Source: Camelus ferus
Lineage: Eukaryota
Length of the DNA: 64,000 bases
Direction of reading: 5' to 3'
NCBI RefSeq assembly: GCF_009834535.1
Contig: NC_045696.1
Coordinates: forward strand, 32,304,001 to 32,368,000
The notes beneath the pieces are model-generated. The model was not told the origin of the DNA, did no database searches, and was given only the letters and a program-made list of their open reading frames with translations. A program made the position numbers and the translations under genes. How positions within the stretch are numbered: the first letter of the stretch is position 1; each line of letters begins with the position of its first letter. Positions 51,712 through 63,695 of the stretch are shown one piece after another.

Positions 51712-51782
51712 ATATATATATGTGTATATGTGAGTATATATACATTTTAAGTACATACACATATATGTATGAATGTATATAT
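51712..51782. repeat. (TA)/(TG) low-complexity tract
   Basis: Seen directly. Confidence 0.8.
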
Positions 51783-52334
51783 TCTGCAAAGAAAACAGTG
51801 TAAAAAGAGTGCAAGTACTTTTAAACGTATTAAAATATATAATAATTATTGCTAAATTAATTTATATTTTAAAAGTAGGAGAAATGCACAAATTTTATGC
51901 TGGCATATAAATTACATCTGCAGAATTTGTAATATATTCAATTACATGCATATTTCAAGTAATTGCACGGGTGAAATGGAAAGTTAGCTAGGCTAACCTG
52001 ATCTGTATGCACACATGCAAATCTCAAAGATAAGATTCAGATGCAAATTTGAGTGCTGCAGTTTAGGTGTATATTCCTTTAAAGATACCTCAGTTAGAGT
52101 CAGTTTTATTTCCTCCAGTCTTCTACTTTACCAGTAAATTCTTTTTTCTGTCATAGCTAATTTCCCAGAGATAGATTAAATTGACAACCTTGACTATTAT
52201 TGTTTTCTTGATTGTTTTTTGGTTTCTTCCTAGACAGATACTAAACTCAGTATTTAAGTAGGCTACTTGTTTTACCAATATTTCAGGAGGTGAATATAAA
52301 GTATACCTTTTTTTTGGCTGGAAACATTAGGTTT

Positions 52335-52600
52335 AGTTCTATAAATATTTATTGCCTCCTACTGTGTATCATACATTTTGCCAAGTACCAAGGTTCCTGA
52401 AACAGTGCTTGCCTGTGAATTTTCTTTGCTAAGTACCTCTTTCTTATCATCCATCCTACTGCCATTTTACAAATAAAAAAAAAATAAAAAGATACACTTT
52501 AGTAATTTGCTTAAATTTACACATCTAGTTAGTTACAGAGAGTGAGGAAGGCATTGTGTGTATCCTGACTTCCATTCAAATTATAACACGTTCTCTCCAC
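52335..52600 (-). mobile_element. L2 tail fragment followed by MIR fragment
   Basis: 'taaatatttattgcctcctactgtgt' (L2) and 'gccattttacaaata...agtaatttgcttaaatttacacatctagt' (MIR). Confidence 0.6.
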
Positions 52601-53164
52601 GTTGCTAATTATGGAGGGGTGAAGCACAGAGACTACATTTTCTTTTAATTCTATGAAATCTCTGTGGAATTTCTTTTTTAAATGAGGTTGGCGACAGGAA
52701 TGTCAATGGGTTAATGAAAGCAAAACTACTGCACATTTTGTGTCAAATTCACTTTAGTCTTGAAATAGTGCATGGCACTTAGGCTAGGACTTGCCTATAT
52801 GCTTATAATACAGCATTCAGATAAGAGATGTCAATTATCTGGTTAATTTGTCAATGTAGACGGCCAGTCAAGCCCCAACATGAACCTTCTTTAGTGTATA
52901 TAATCTGAGTTAACTGTAGACATAGTCTGAATTGATCTGTTAATTGCTAACTTTGCCTTCAATTTGATTTCTGTAGACTTTAGATGGATAAAAGCAATAA
53001 TGTCACTAAAGTGTATGGCTTATCTTCTCCCTACTCCAAATCAATCTCTTAATTTTAAGAATTATTTAAATTAAAATAAAATTGCCCTTTGATAGGAGGA
53101 AGTGCCTAGGATATAACAATAAATGCTGTTTTTAACAGGCACTTATTGCTAAGACTGTTTAAAG

Positions 53165-53255
53165 AATTTTACTTTTAAAGATCAGGAAATTAGAGAGGTT
53201 AAGTAAATTAACCAAGGTTATATACCTAGGAAGTAGTAAAGTCACAATGTGAATT
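53165..53255 (-). mobile_element. MIR core fragment
   Basis: 'agagaggttaagtaaattaaccaaggttatatacctaggaagtagt'. Confidence 0.75.
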
Positions 53256-53729
53256 TTTCTGTAAAGCGTGTCAGATGTCTCTATTTAAAGTTCATGACTA
53301 AAGCTCAGTATGAAATCTTGTGTGTAATTAATAGATGGGTTTATCTGTAGTTTTTATTTACTATAATTAATATCTATAATAGATTAAAGATAGTCAAATT
53401 TTTGAAAATTATGAAATGTGTGGAATGTAATATCAAATTAGCCAATCCATATTTTCAATTTAAAATAGAGCATTGATCCAGAGAGACAAATGATAACTTT
53501 AAGAAAGCACATCTAGCTTTAGTTTATGAAGTCTAAATACAGCTAAGAATGCAGCAGTAGTATTCTGAACAGTAGTGCTAGAACTAGAAGATACTACATA
53601 TTGTTTATAGACAACAACACATACCTTAAATTTAATAATTTTTTAAAGTTCTAAATAGAGACCTTTACAATTATCTATGTTAATAGAATATTATAATAAA
53701 CATTGTTGGTTTATCTCTTTCAAGGATTG

Positions 53730-54378
53730 TTACCCCTGCCGTGCTTGTATGGATATGATGTACTTGTTCATTAGCATGTTTTATAGTCCAGTAATCCAAC
53801 AAGACCTTCCAGCCTAGTCTTTCCCCACCACTAATTCTCCTACATACTGAAACACAAATATATTACTAAAGGACACCTAACATGTCATCCTTTAATATGA
53901 AAGATTTAGAGACTCTCCATTTCTACAAGATAAAATTCAGTCTCCCAAACTACATTCCCAGCTTCATTCTCACTATTTCCTTTTATTTATGAGATCTGAT
54001 CAAACTAGATGGGGTAATCGTCTTCAAACAAACCCCATGATTTCCCACTTTCAGATGTACAGATGCACACCCTTATCTGTTGATTGCAAATACTGTGTAA
54101 TTCAAGGTTTAACACATAAAGATAACTTCCCCCATTTATAGTCCCCCAGCTAAAATATAATACATTTTTACTCTAATTCTAATTACACTTATTGATTTCT
54201 TTCCCATGGTGTTATTACTTTTATTACTTTCTAATGAGCCTTTTGTAGTTTTTATATGTACTTTGTCACCCTTATAAGATGCTATGGACATTTAGGGAAG
54301 AGGCAATATCTTATTAATCATTTTATACTCCACACTACTTAACTTACAAGCTTTCCAATATAAGATGTATTAAATACA
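53730..54378 (+). mobile_element. L2 3' relic
   Basis: 'ctctccatttctacaagataaaattcagtctcc' through the terminal 'agggaagaggcaatatcttattaatcattttatactcc...attaaatac'. Confidence 0.65.
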
Positions 54379-54409
54379 CTAAGATAGACCAACATAGACT
54401 AACGTGAAC

Positions 54410-54495
54410 TTTTATGAATACAGCTAGGAGTCAGAGAGGTTAAGTGATTTCTTATGATCCTGTGGACCAGGATTTATACCTAGATCTCTGATTCA
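54410..54495 (-). mobile_element. MIR core fragment
   Basis: 'tcagagaggttaagtgatttc...accaggatttatacctagatctctgattc'. Confidence 0.7.
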
Positions 54496-55267
54496 AAAAA
54501 AAAAAAAATTCCTTATGTCTTTCTGGATGTAACAGTACTATTCATGAGGCTTTGAACTGTGATATTTAAGGGGTAGGGTGAACTTTGGCTTCATCTGCAC
54601 TGGTGTTTTTCTCTAAGGGTATATGTCTAGTGGTGGGGAGATGGAGGAGCACGACAGGAGTTCCTGGGGGTGGTGGTGACACTCAGACTCCTTTACGTGG
54701 CTTCTTGGTTTTAGGTTTGCTTTCACTTTTGCACAGGATGCCTGTAATAAAATAGGGAGCAGTGGGAGAGAAATACACAGGACCATAGGGTCCCAGCCAA
54801 GCAACTGAGCTTTAAGGAAAACTAAGAACTGCCAGCCTTGGGCCTTGAACTGACTCTTTAGCTTGCTCAGAAATCTTGCCTCCTTCCCCATCCCATGCCA
54901 CGAACCTTTGCATAATTACTTCCTTCTCACCACTCATGACTCCACTAAGTGTTTTGCTCCTCATAGAGACCTAACTTCTTGGAGAAGAACTAAAAACATC
55001 TATGAATTATGGAATGAGGATATATATGGCCAAATACTTTCTACTCCAAGTATTTAGGATTTTTTATAGTTCTCTAGTGTCAGATGGCATCATGCAGACA
55101 TGTCAGTTTCTTGCATAAATTCGACATAGAAGGGACTTTTAACCCACCCCAGTTCTGTGGGGTTGATGTATACAAATATTCATGTCATATTTTGGGGATA
55201 ATCATAAGAGTGTAGATCTAAGGGTAACATAGGAAATGTGGTACGGATCAGAAAATGTCAGTATTTA

Positions 55268-56003
55268 ACTTTATTTTTTAAATTTTTTTTAATTGAAGCA
55301 CAGTCAATTACAATGTGTCAATCTCTGGTGTACAGCATAATGTCCCAGTCATGTATATACATGCATATATTCATTTTCATATGTTTTTCCATCAAAGGTT
55401 ATTTTAAGATACTGAACTAAGTTCCCTGTGCTATGCAAAAGAAACATTTTTAGATCTGTTTTTATATACAGTGGCTAACATTTGTAAATCTCAAACTCCC
55501 AAATTTATCCCTTCCCACCCCCCTTTCCCTGACAACCATAAGATTATTTACTAAGTCTGTGAGTCTTTTTCTGTTTTGTTGATGAGTTCATTTTTTTAAA
55601 AATTAAATTCCACATATGAGTGATATCATATGGTCTTTTTCTTCTCTTTCTGGCTTACCTCATTTAGAACGATGACCTCTCAGTCCATCCATGTTGCTGC
55701 AAATGGCATTATTTTATTTCTTTTTTATGGCTGAGCAGTATTCCATTGTATAAATATACCACAACTGCTTTATCTAATCATCTGTCAATGGACATTTAGG
55801 TTCATTCCATGTCTTAGCTATTGTATATAGTGCATATATCTTTTCACACTAGAGTTTCCTCCACATACATACCCAGAAGTGGGATTGCTGGATCATATGG
55901 TAAGCTGTATCTGTTTTTAGTTTTTTGAGGAATCTCCATACTGTTTTCCATACTGGCTGCACCAAACTACATTCCCACCAGCAGTGAAGGAGGGTTCCCT
56001 TTT
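55268..56003 (-). mobile_element. 5'-truncated camelid/cetartiodactyl L1 with TSD
   Basis: T-rich tail, 'tccatccatgttgctgcaaatggcatt', 'gtgggattgctggatcatatggt', 'acattcccaccagcagtg'; TSD ag[a/g]a[a/g]atgtcagtattta at 55250-55267 and 56004-56021. Confidence 0.93.
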
Positions 56004-56409
56004 AGGAGATGTCAGTATTTAGTCTAGTTCCCGTGAGTCCACTTGACAGTGGAGACTCTGCTGTAGAGCTATGGTACCAGGGCTCCTTTCTGCCTGTATC
56101 ACTTCAGAGGTTGTAATGGAGGTGAGGGTAGTAGAGGGCTTTCAAATCCAAAACAACCAGTTTACTGATTTTCCTTTGCCTTATGTTATTGGCTTGTGAT
56201 TTTTCCAGAAGCATGAGAACTATAGTACATGAAACTTAGGTTATTTTTAAAGATTCAGCAGCAGATTATTATAATGTAGTTTCTTTTCCTACTCTGAATT
56301 CTAAAGACTCAGGTAGACCCTGAAGTAAAAATATTTTTGTTTCCTTTGTAGAGGATCTATCAAAAGGAAACAAAGAATAACAAATTTCCAACAATATGAC
56401 CAATATCCT

Positions 56410-56545
56410 CAACACTAATAGCTAAGTAGATCAACAAAGCATTCTATTATTTATAGGGATCTTTTACATATATTTTTGTCCTTTACTTATGGGAGGCATG
56501 AATAATAGATATTTTCACCCCATTTTCAAATGGAGACCCTGAGGA
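56410..56545 (-). mobile_element. MIR fragment
   Basis: 'tattttcaccccattttcaaatggagaccctgagg'. Confidence 0.6.
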
Positions 56546-58003
56546 ATACTTCTCTGAATCATTATGATTCCTTGTCCAGACACTTTCCACAAACTTGTAA
56601 TCCAAGTGTACAAAATACTATGCCAATGGTTCCCAGTTACTGGTTTCTAGATCAGATCAGATCTCTGGAGAAGGTTCCATAGATGTGCAGGAAAATGAGA
56701 AAACTATGTATATTTTTAAGTTTCACATATTGTGCCTTTCATAAAGATTATATAAGTTATTCTGAGATTGTCTTTCCTAATTCTTTGGTGTTAAAATACC
56801 CTATTTTTTATAAATGGTATTCTATAGATGGCATTTATTTAAGAGTTCTTGCTTGATGAATATGGAAACTTCCTATTAGTTACCATTTGTTTTTAATTGA
56901 CTGGTTATAGAAATAGAAAATACTAGATCCACTGTCACAGAGAAATATGTTGATAGTAAAATTGGCACCTGATACTTCCCAGATCTCTTTTAGACGCCAG
57001 GCTTACTGTTGAGGGAAGATTTTGGTGCCTTTTCTGAGCAGCTATAATCTAATCAGTGTCTGGGAGAGATCCAGGATCAAGAACTCAGAGGTCAGAATGC
57101 CACATGAAGGAGAGAGCAGAAATCAGAGTTAGGTTGCTGGAATAAGAAATAAAAGATCAAGATCCCATAGGAAGAAAATGATTACCAAAGGAAGAATTCT
57201 AGGTTGTCCCCTTTTATTAATAAAACTATGATGGGTATCTGCAGTGAGACAAGAGCTATACATTATATGCACAGTGAATAGGGAAAATAAGACATGGGCC
57301 AGACTACACCACAGGAAGTCTACATTTCAGGAATGATCACATTTGCTCAGTCCTCCTCAAACTGGATGTAATGTAAACACAGCCCCTGCTAAAGGGGACC
57401 CTTCCAAGTAAATCTTCCCTTCACTTCTCAAGCTGTAATTATAAAGAACATACGCTGGGTCAAGACATGCAGCTGCTGGAATGGACTGTTCGTCTTTCCC
57501 ACTATTTGGTGGGGAGTGGAGGAGAGAAGAGGGTGAGATTATAAATAGAATTTTATCACTTTAATGTTTTCCCCTCTAAGTTTCCCTTCAACGTTGTAAT
57601 GCCTGCTACCATTTGTGTGCTAGCATTTATCCTAGCAGCCACCAAAAGTGCTTGAGAAAGAAATAATACATAGGATTAAAATAAATAAACTCTAGAAGAT
57701 GATTCCTAAATCTTTAGTTTCCCTGGGGATGGGTGGGGGCTACGTTTACATATGATGGAATATTATTTACATATAGTCTGTTTTCCATAATAAAATTGTT
57801 CTGCTGTTTATGGGTGTAAGGTGTCCTATAACGAGAGAACATGATAACTATAGAATGCTTTGGAATACTGCACTTCAGGGATGCTGGGCAAAGTACCGAT
57901 AGGGCTGATGACTGTCCTGTTATGATACATTTATCTCCTCGTGTGAGTAGTTTCAAATCTCCTGATATCCTAGTTAAAATGGTTCCCCAAATAGTGTATT
58001 TTG

Positions 58004-58137
58004 TTGTATTATGGGGGGAGGAGATTAGGTTTAATTATTTATTAACTTTTTTTTTTACATGGAGGTACTGGGGATTGAACCCAGGACCTTGTGCATGCTA
58101 GGCAAATACTCTACCACTGAGCTATAACTTCCCCACA
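58004..58137 (-). mobile_element. tRNA-Ala-derived camelid SINE (Vic-1-type) with 15-bp TSD
   Basis: Minus strand: 'ggggaagttatagctcagtggtagag...cctagcatgcacaaggtcctgggttcaatccccagtacctcca' (A and B boxes) plus an 'aaacctaatctcctcccccc' tail; TSD aaat[a/t]gtgtattttg at 57989-58003 and 58138-58152. Confidence 0.92.
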
Positions 58138-60819
58138 AAATTGTGTATTTTGAATAGCATTTCTAAAGCTTCTTAAACCTCAGAAGAAAAAAATGGTGGG
58201 TTACATGTGGTTCTTTAATAACTGAAATTTTTATATGCTTATCTTTTTTGAAATGAGTATTTTTTAGAAGTCTTTTTTTCCCTTCAACTTAAATGGTGGG
58301 TCCTTGTTTTGCTAGAAAATCATGTGTGATGATATCAGACTGAATAGTGTATTCGAATATGTGTCATTGTCATGCAAACAACTAAATTACTTTGTATTAA
58401 CGTGTACACCACAAAGTGAATGGAACTCTTTGCCTCTATGATCCAATCTATTTAGGTTCTTGATCATTCATATATCCTTACATACTGTTTAAATATGGAT
58501 GGCATGCTTTCTTTTTTTTGTGACTTTCACTGTAGATATATATGTGAAATTGCTTTATTGCATTTTTTAAATTAATACTTGAGCCTATTTCCAAGATATT
58601 TCCCAGATTAGTGCCAAAAAAACCCAACAACTTTTTCTGTGTAAGCTTTAAGACAATGTAGAAATCCTGAGTGCGTCCATTAAAAAAATATGACTTTGCC
58701 TCGCTAGAGATTTCATTATATTGTCTAAGAAAATGAGCAGTCTAAACCTTAAGAATTAAAAGTAAGCAATTGCTGATAATTCCATACTTATTCTTCCCCA
58801 TCTTGAATACTTTTAATTATTGAAATTTTAACATATGTAAATTGTAATTTATATACTTCCTTATTAACCATCTGTAGTGTTTTTCATATATGTAATCAAA
58901 GTTTAAACTGGTTAAACTGGACACTGTATGAACTATAATCATGGCATATTGTTAGTAATAGATAGGAAGAATGCCATACAGCTGTTGTAACGTTTTCCTC
59001 AACATCACTCTGGTATATCTGCTTGAGTGAATCTGACGAAGCTTGTTGTAATTTCTAAGGAAATAATTTGCATTTTTCTTAACATTTGTATAATATAACA
59101 ACTATGTACCCTTACTGGCATGATCATTGACTATAGATATTGAGAATCAAAGGTTAGACTTTGATAAATGTTTTCATTTAAAAGCCAGACAGCGTTTTGG
59201 CTGAATATTAATCACTGAAATCTGAGGAATTAATATTAATATTGAGTAATTACAATAATTTAGAATTTAGATTTTTTAAATGCAATCACAAAGAGTCACT
59301 TTTTTAGAAAAAAGCTCTTTGCAGCTATATACAACTCCTATAAAGTCTAAGCATAGTCTTTGTTATTTATGTTTGGACAAAATTTTTGTGTGTGTCTGTG
59401 TGCGTATAAAAGTACTTTTCTCATAGCATTAATTGCGCGTTGCCAAAAGGCTTCCATTGCATGACACTGTTGGAAGTACACAAAAGAGCTGTATTTGTTG
59501 CCAGTCAGAGGAATGTGTTTTCAAAACAAGGATAACATTTTATTTTTCTTTCTCCCTGGTTCTGCAGTAGTGTAAGTGTTAAAGCCTGAGAGGTTTAGAA
59601 AGCTGCAGTGAATGTGTTAAGACTGTTAATGAAGCTTCTGAATCTAAGGACAAAATTAGCTCTCACACCCACACTGCGCAAAGTACAGCAACTGTCTGAT
59701 AGAATTGCATCATGACTTTTACCTGGGGACACGGGTATTATATTCAGCTGAATTGATGAAATTGGAAAGACAGATGTGCCCAAAGGACATTTTAAGAAGC
59801 TTGTACCTACATAAATTGCTTGTGAAAAATCTCTAAAATTTGAATAAGAAACCAATGTAAAATGCTTTCTGCCTGTAAACTTCAGGTCATATGATATATA
59901 TTATCCAGTGTACCCCTTAAGGAGAGAGAACATTTGACTTTCTCTTTCTATCGGATAATGTATATAATGTCAAGCCCAATGAATTTTTTTTTCTTTTTTC
60001 AAAGATAAGTTCTTAGGACTTTTAGTTTAACAAGAGATGTTAGTTTGTGTCGTAGTTTGCTTAAAAACATTAAATTCAGGCTTTCATTGCAATGTGACTG
60101 GCATATAAAGTAACGCATAAAATTAAATAATTTGGATAATGTATGCAAATAGAAATAAATGGCAGAGTAAAAACAGCAATGTCAATGAACAGCTTCCCCA
60201 AAACAAGCTACTAAGAACTTTAATCTAGGTCCTTAGAAATTGAGAACTGAGAATTTAATCCTATAAGTCTCATATAAGTCTTAAATGCTTGCTTTTACAA
60301 ATGGAACTGTTTCATTCCATTTTTAAGACATTTCCCTTAAGGAATGTTATTACTCGCAACTCCGCTCTATAAGGTCATGACCATTTAAGGAAGATGGCAG
60401 ATACACAGATTTGCTTTAGGTTTGCTTTTCTAAGAAATGTGGAAAAAAATGTCCAAAGTCCAGAAACTTGTGACTGTCAGTAGTGAAATGATCACGTGGA
60501 AAGGGTAGCTGTCTTATTCTTACCTTACACCTTCATAGAATATCAAAATACTAGAGACTTATATGATTGTGTTTAGAAATTTCACAGTGCAGATCACAAT
60601 TGAACAGAACATTCTTTCAGTATCTTAGAAAATTCTAGAAGCTGTAATTATGCCTATGTAACTGTGAAAAATGAATTCTTTGCAAAATGTTAATTCAGTG
60701 ACCTTTAAGACACTAAAAACCATCTGATACTGACAGTCCTGACTCCACTTCTAACACACGCTTATTGATATTGGGAAAAAAGATAGGGTCACCTTCGAAA
60801 TTCGTAAAACTGATAGTCC

Positions 60820-60838
60820 TGTCCACAAGAGGGCATGG
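60820..60838 (+). promoter_or_regulatory. Candidate CTCF-binding motif
   Basis: tgtCCACAAGAGGGCAtgg versus core CCASYAGRKGGCR (one mismatch), in repeat-free DNA. Motif only. Confidence 0.5.
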
Positions 60839-60984
60839 GTTTTCCATAGGAAAAGGACAGCATATTAAAGTTGAAAAATAAATGATTGTAATAACTGACC
60901 TTTCTTTTAACTGACCATACTCTTAACTTTGTTTTTTAAGATGTAACAATTTAGAATTGATTTGCATAAGGACACCAATGACTT

Positions 60985-61220
60985 AATTTCATCATGACCC
61001 CCGACTCTGATTTCCCACAGAATTTATTACCTCTTCCACTCCTTTGGCAGTTCACATACATAACTCTTTATTATCATGTGCCTTCTTTTTATATGCTCTT
61101 TCTTTCTGATTATACTGTAAGTCCTTGAAGGACATAGGCTTTTACTTATAAATCTTCATTCCTATAGTAAAACACAATACCTTTGTTCAAGGTAGGTGAT
61201 AAATTATTTGTCAATGAAGA
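60985..61220 (+). mobile_element. L2 3' end
   Basis: 'attatactgtaagtccttgaaggacatagg...aacacaatacct...gtaggtgataaattatttgtcaatgaa'. Confidence 0.75.
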
Positions 61221-62806
61221 CAATAATGGTTTTGAAGTACTAAACATTGTTATAGGTATTGAAAGGTGATTTTACTAAAGAAATCGATAGTTTACAAAAC
61301 ATATTTACACTTATTATTTATTTGTCCCCAAATAACCACATTCTCTATTTTTACTTTACATTCTAAATATTTTTCCCTCTAGGTTTGTAATGATAAATAA
61401 ATTACTGATGCAAAATGAATTTTTAACACAGACTTTTCTAATAGAGAATAGTGTCCACTTAGTGGCAAAAGCAAGATATTTTATGAAATTTCCTGTTAAA
61501 TAATCCATCATGAGATTATTTCATTTTCTTTTTACCTCACTAGCTTAGCTATATTTGGAATTTAAAATTAAAATAATTTATTTTTATCTGAAAGAGAAGA
61601 ATCCCACATTTTTCTTCTCTTTCTATTTATACCAAAAAAAAAATGTAATGATGTGTATGAATTACCTAGCCAGAGATCCTATAATACGTTTTTAATATGT
61701 ACAGACATTAACAGAGAATTAATAGTAGCAATTTCTTGCCAAATTTCAGAGTTAGTAAATAGAACTTGTGAAAGTAACTAATCCTGAAGGATCACACAAC
61801 TAAATTATAGTCGAAATAGTAAATTGACAGTCAATTCAGTGATTAAAAGCCACCAGTTACCAACAATCATGTTTATTAAATCTGCACTTTATTAAATCTA
61901 AATTGCGAAATGGATTAACACTAAAAATATAAGCCTTTTCAAAGTCAGGATATTGGCAATGTAGTTCAACAATTTCATCACCATCTTGCAAATGAGAATA
62001 TTAATTTCTATTTTTTTTTGATCTTCTGTAATTTTTTTTTAGGGAGTTCAGAGTTCATCCACTGAAGTTTTAATTTATTCAAGTTTAAGCAATTGAATTA
62101 TTTAAGTCCATTACTTAGAACCCATTTCAAGTAAACAAATGGAACAAATATAAATACATATAAAGCTTCTTGCCTCTTTATTCTTTGAAATAGAGGTACT
62201 ACATTTGGAAAACAAACATCTAACAGGATTCAGCAATGAGTATATTATCACTCAACACAACAGAATCTGCTTTCCAATCTTGACCAACACATTATATAGA
62301 GCTTCGTGCCCAAGGTCTCCAGAGAAGGAGGACAATATCATAGAAATCACTGCTAGAAAGAAAACCTCGTATTTCTTCCTATTATAATTTCTGAAATGAA
62401 AATATTCTTTGATGAATTATCCAAAGGTAGCTCAAGATATTTTTGTTCCCAAGATTGTTCCAACTACAAATTTCCACAGCAATTCTCCAAATATACAATC
62501 TGAACTCTTAAATTTCATAAATAAGAAACATCAATTTAATTAATTTTTGGGTCCGGTTATTCTTAGTGTAAATATATCTTATTTAAGTATAAGTCTTATT
62601 GTTAAAGAACTGATTTGTGAGTGATATAGATAAAACTAATTCTTCTATGGTCAGTAATCAAGTAAACAGATTAGTGATCATGTCAATCTCATGAAGGAAA
62701 TTGTATTCTATATAGGTCTCTTTTTCTGAGCAAATACTGAATAACTGTTAACTACACCGGTCAAAATCTGCATTAAAATATATTTCCATAGAAAATTAAA
62801 AATGTT

Positions 62807-62858
62807 TTCTTTCACTAATCCTAAAGCATTCTTTCTTTCACTAATTCTAAAGCATTCT
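62807..62858. repeat. 26-bp tandem duplication (1 mismatch)
   Basis: ttctttcactaat[c/t]ctaaagcattct x2. Confidence 0.95.
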
Positions 62859-63149
62859 GATATGGAACAGTTTTCATCAAATTTTAAGATATGATTAAAC
62901 TCGTTCAAACTAATGTTTTGTTTCTTCCTCTATAATATGTTTTTTTATACAGCACTATAGATATGCTAGGCTGTAGGTTCTTCCAAGTGCATGGGGGCTG
63001 AAACTCTGCCCTTTGCTGTTTGTCAAACTTTATGCCCAAGAAGCTGAATCTGTCCAGAAGAAGTACCCTCTGTAACTCCATAAAGATATTATGTAGCCTG
63101 GAGGGAGTACTGCTTTTATGCCTAGGCTGTATACACACAAGATGCTTAT

Positions 63150-63639
63150 TTTTTCTTTATTTTAATTATAACACATGCAATCAAATGCCTAAACCTTAAT
63201 TGTGCAGATTAATTCTTTTTTATAAATAAAAAATTAACTTTTTATAGGATCTACTGAGCAATCATTAAATTCTGTAGAGCCATTAACTCAATATAGATCA
63301 CAGGATCTTAATTATTTTTTAGAGGCTTTATCCCAATACCACCTTTAGAATTAGTATGGGTAGTATAGGGCTTTCCAGTATGTAAAACGGAACCATGTCC
63401 TAGCCAGTCTCTACCAACATGCGCATCTTCTGTAATAAATATATATGCAAATCAAGATAGAATACTTCAACACCCTTTATATTCTTTCTTGGTCAATATC
63501 CCTTCTCCCAGATGTAACCATTATCTGTCCCCATAGAAACTTTAGTCTATTCTTAAACTTCATATATATAGATGTGTGTTTTTTTAATATAACCATTATT
63601 TCACCTTTTATCCCCACAGAAACTTTGGCCTGTTCTTGA

Positions 63640-63680
<41 letters not shown>

Positions 63681-63695
63681 GTGTGTTTTTTTAAT
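63150..63695 (-). mobile_element. Ancient L1 (L1MC/ME-like) 3' relic containing an internal duplication and (TA)16 at 63644-63675
   Basis: 'aaccttaattgtgcag', 'aatcaagatagaatacttcaacacc', 'cagatgtaaccattatc', 'gcctgttcttgaa' resemble antisense L1ME 3'UTR. Confidence 0.55.

Noticed and set aside
58060..58134. tRNA-Ala gene
   Set aside because: The stems are mutated, it has a SINE tail and it is flanked by a TSD, so it is a SINE.
61340..61388. RS-like TAG|GTTTGT after a pyrimidine tract (similar weak cases near 9937, 16002, 31334, 44298)
   Set aside because: The reconstituted donors are weak and there is no consensus branch point or RS-exon donor.
61452..61468. CTCF-like CCACTTAGTGGCA
   Set aside because: Two mismatches in the central AG of the core.
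4305..62670. Many forkhead motifs (GTAAACA/TGTTTAC) suggesting autoregulation
   Set aside because: About 14 were seen, roughly the number expected by chance for this 7-mer in 64 kb of AT-rich DNA.
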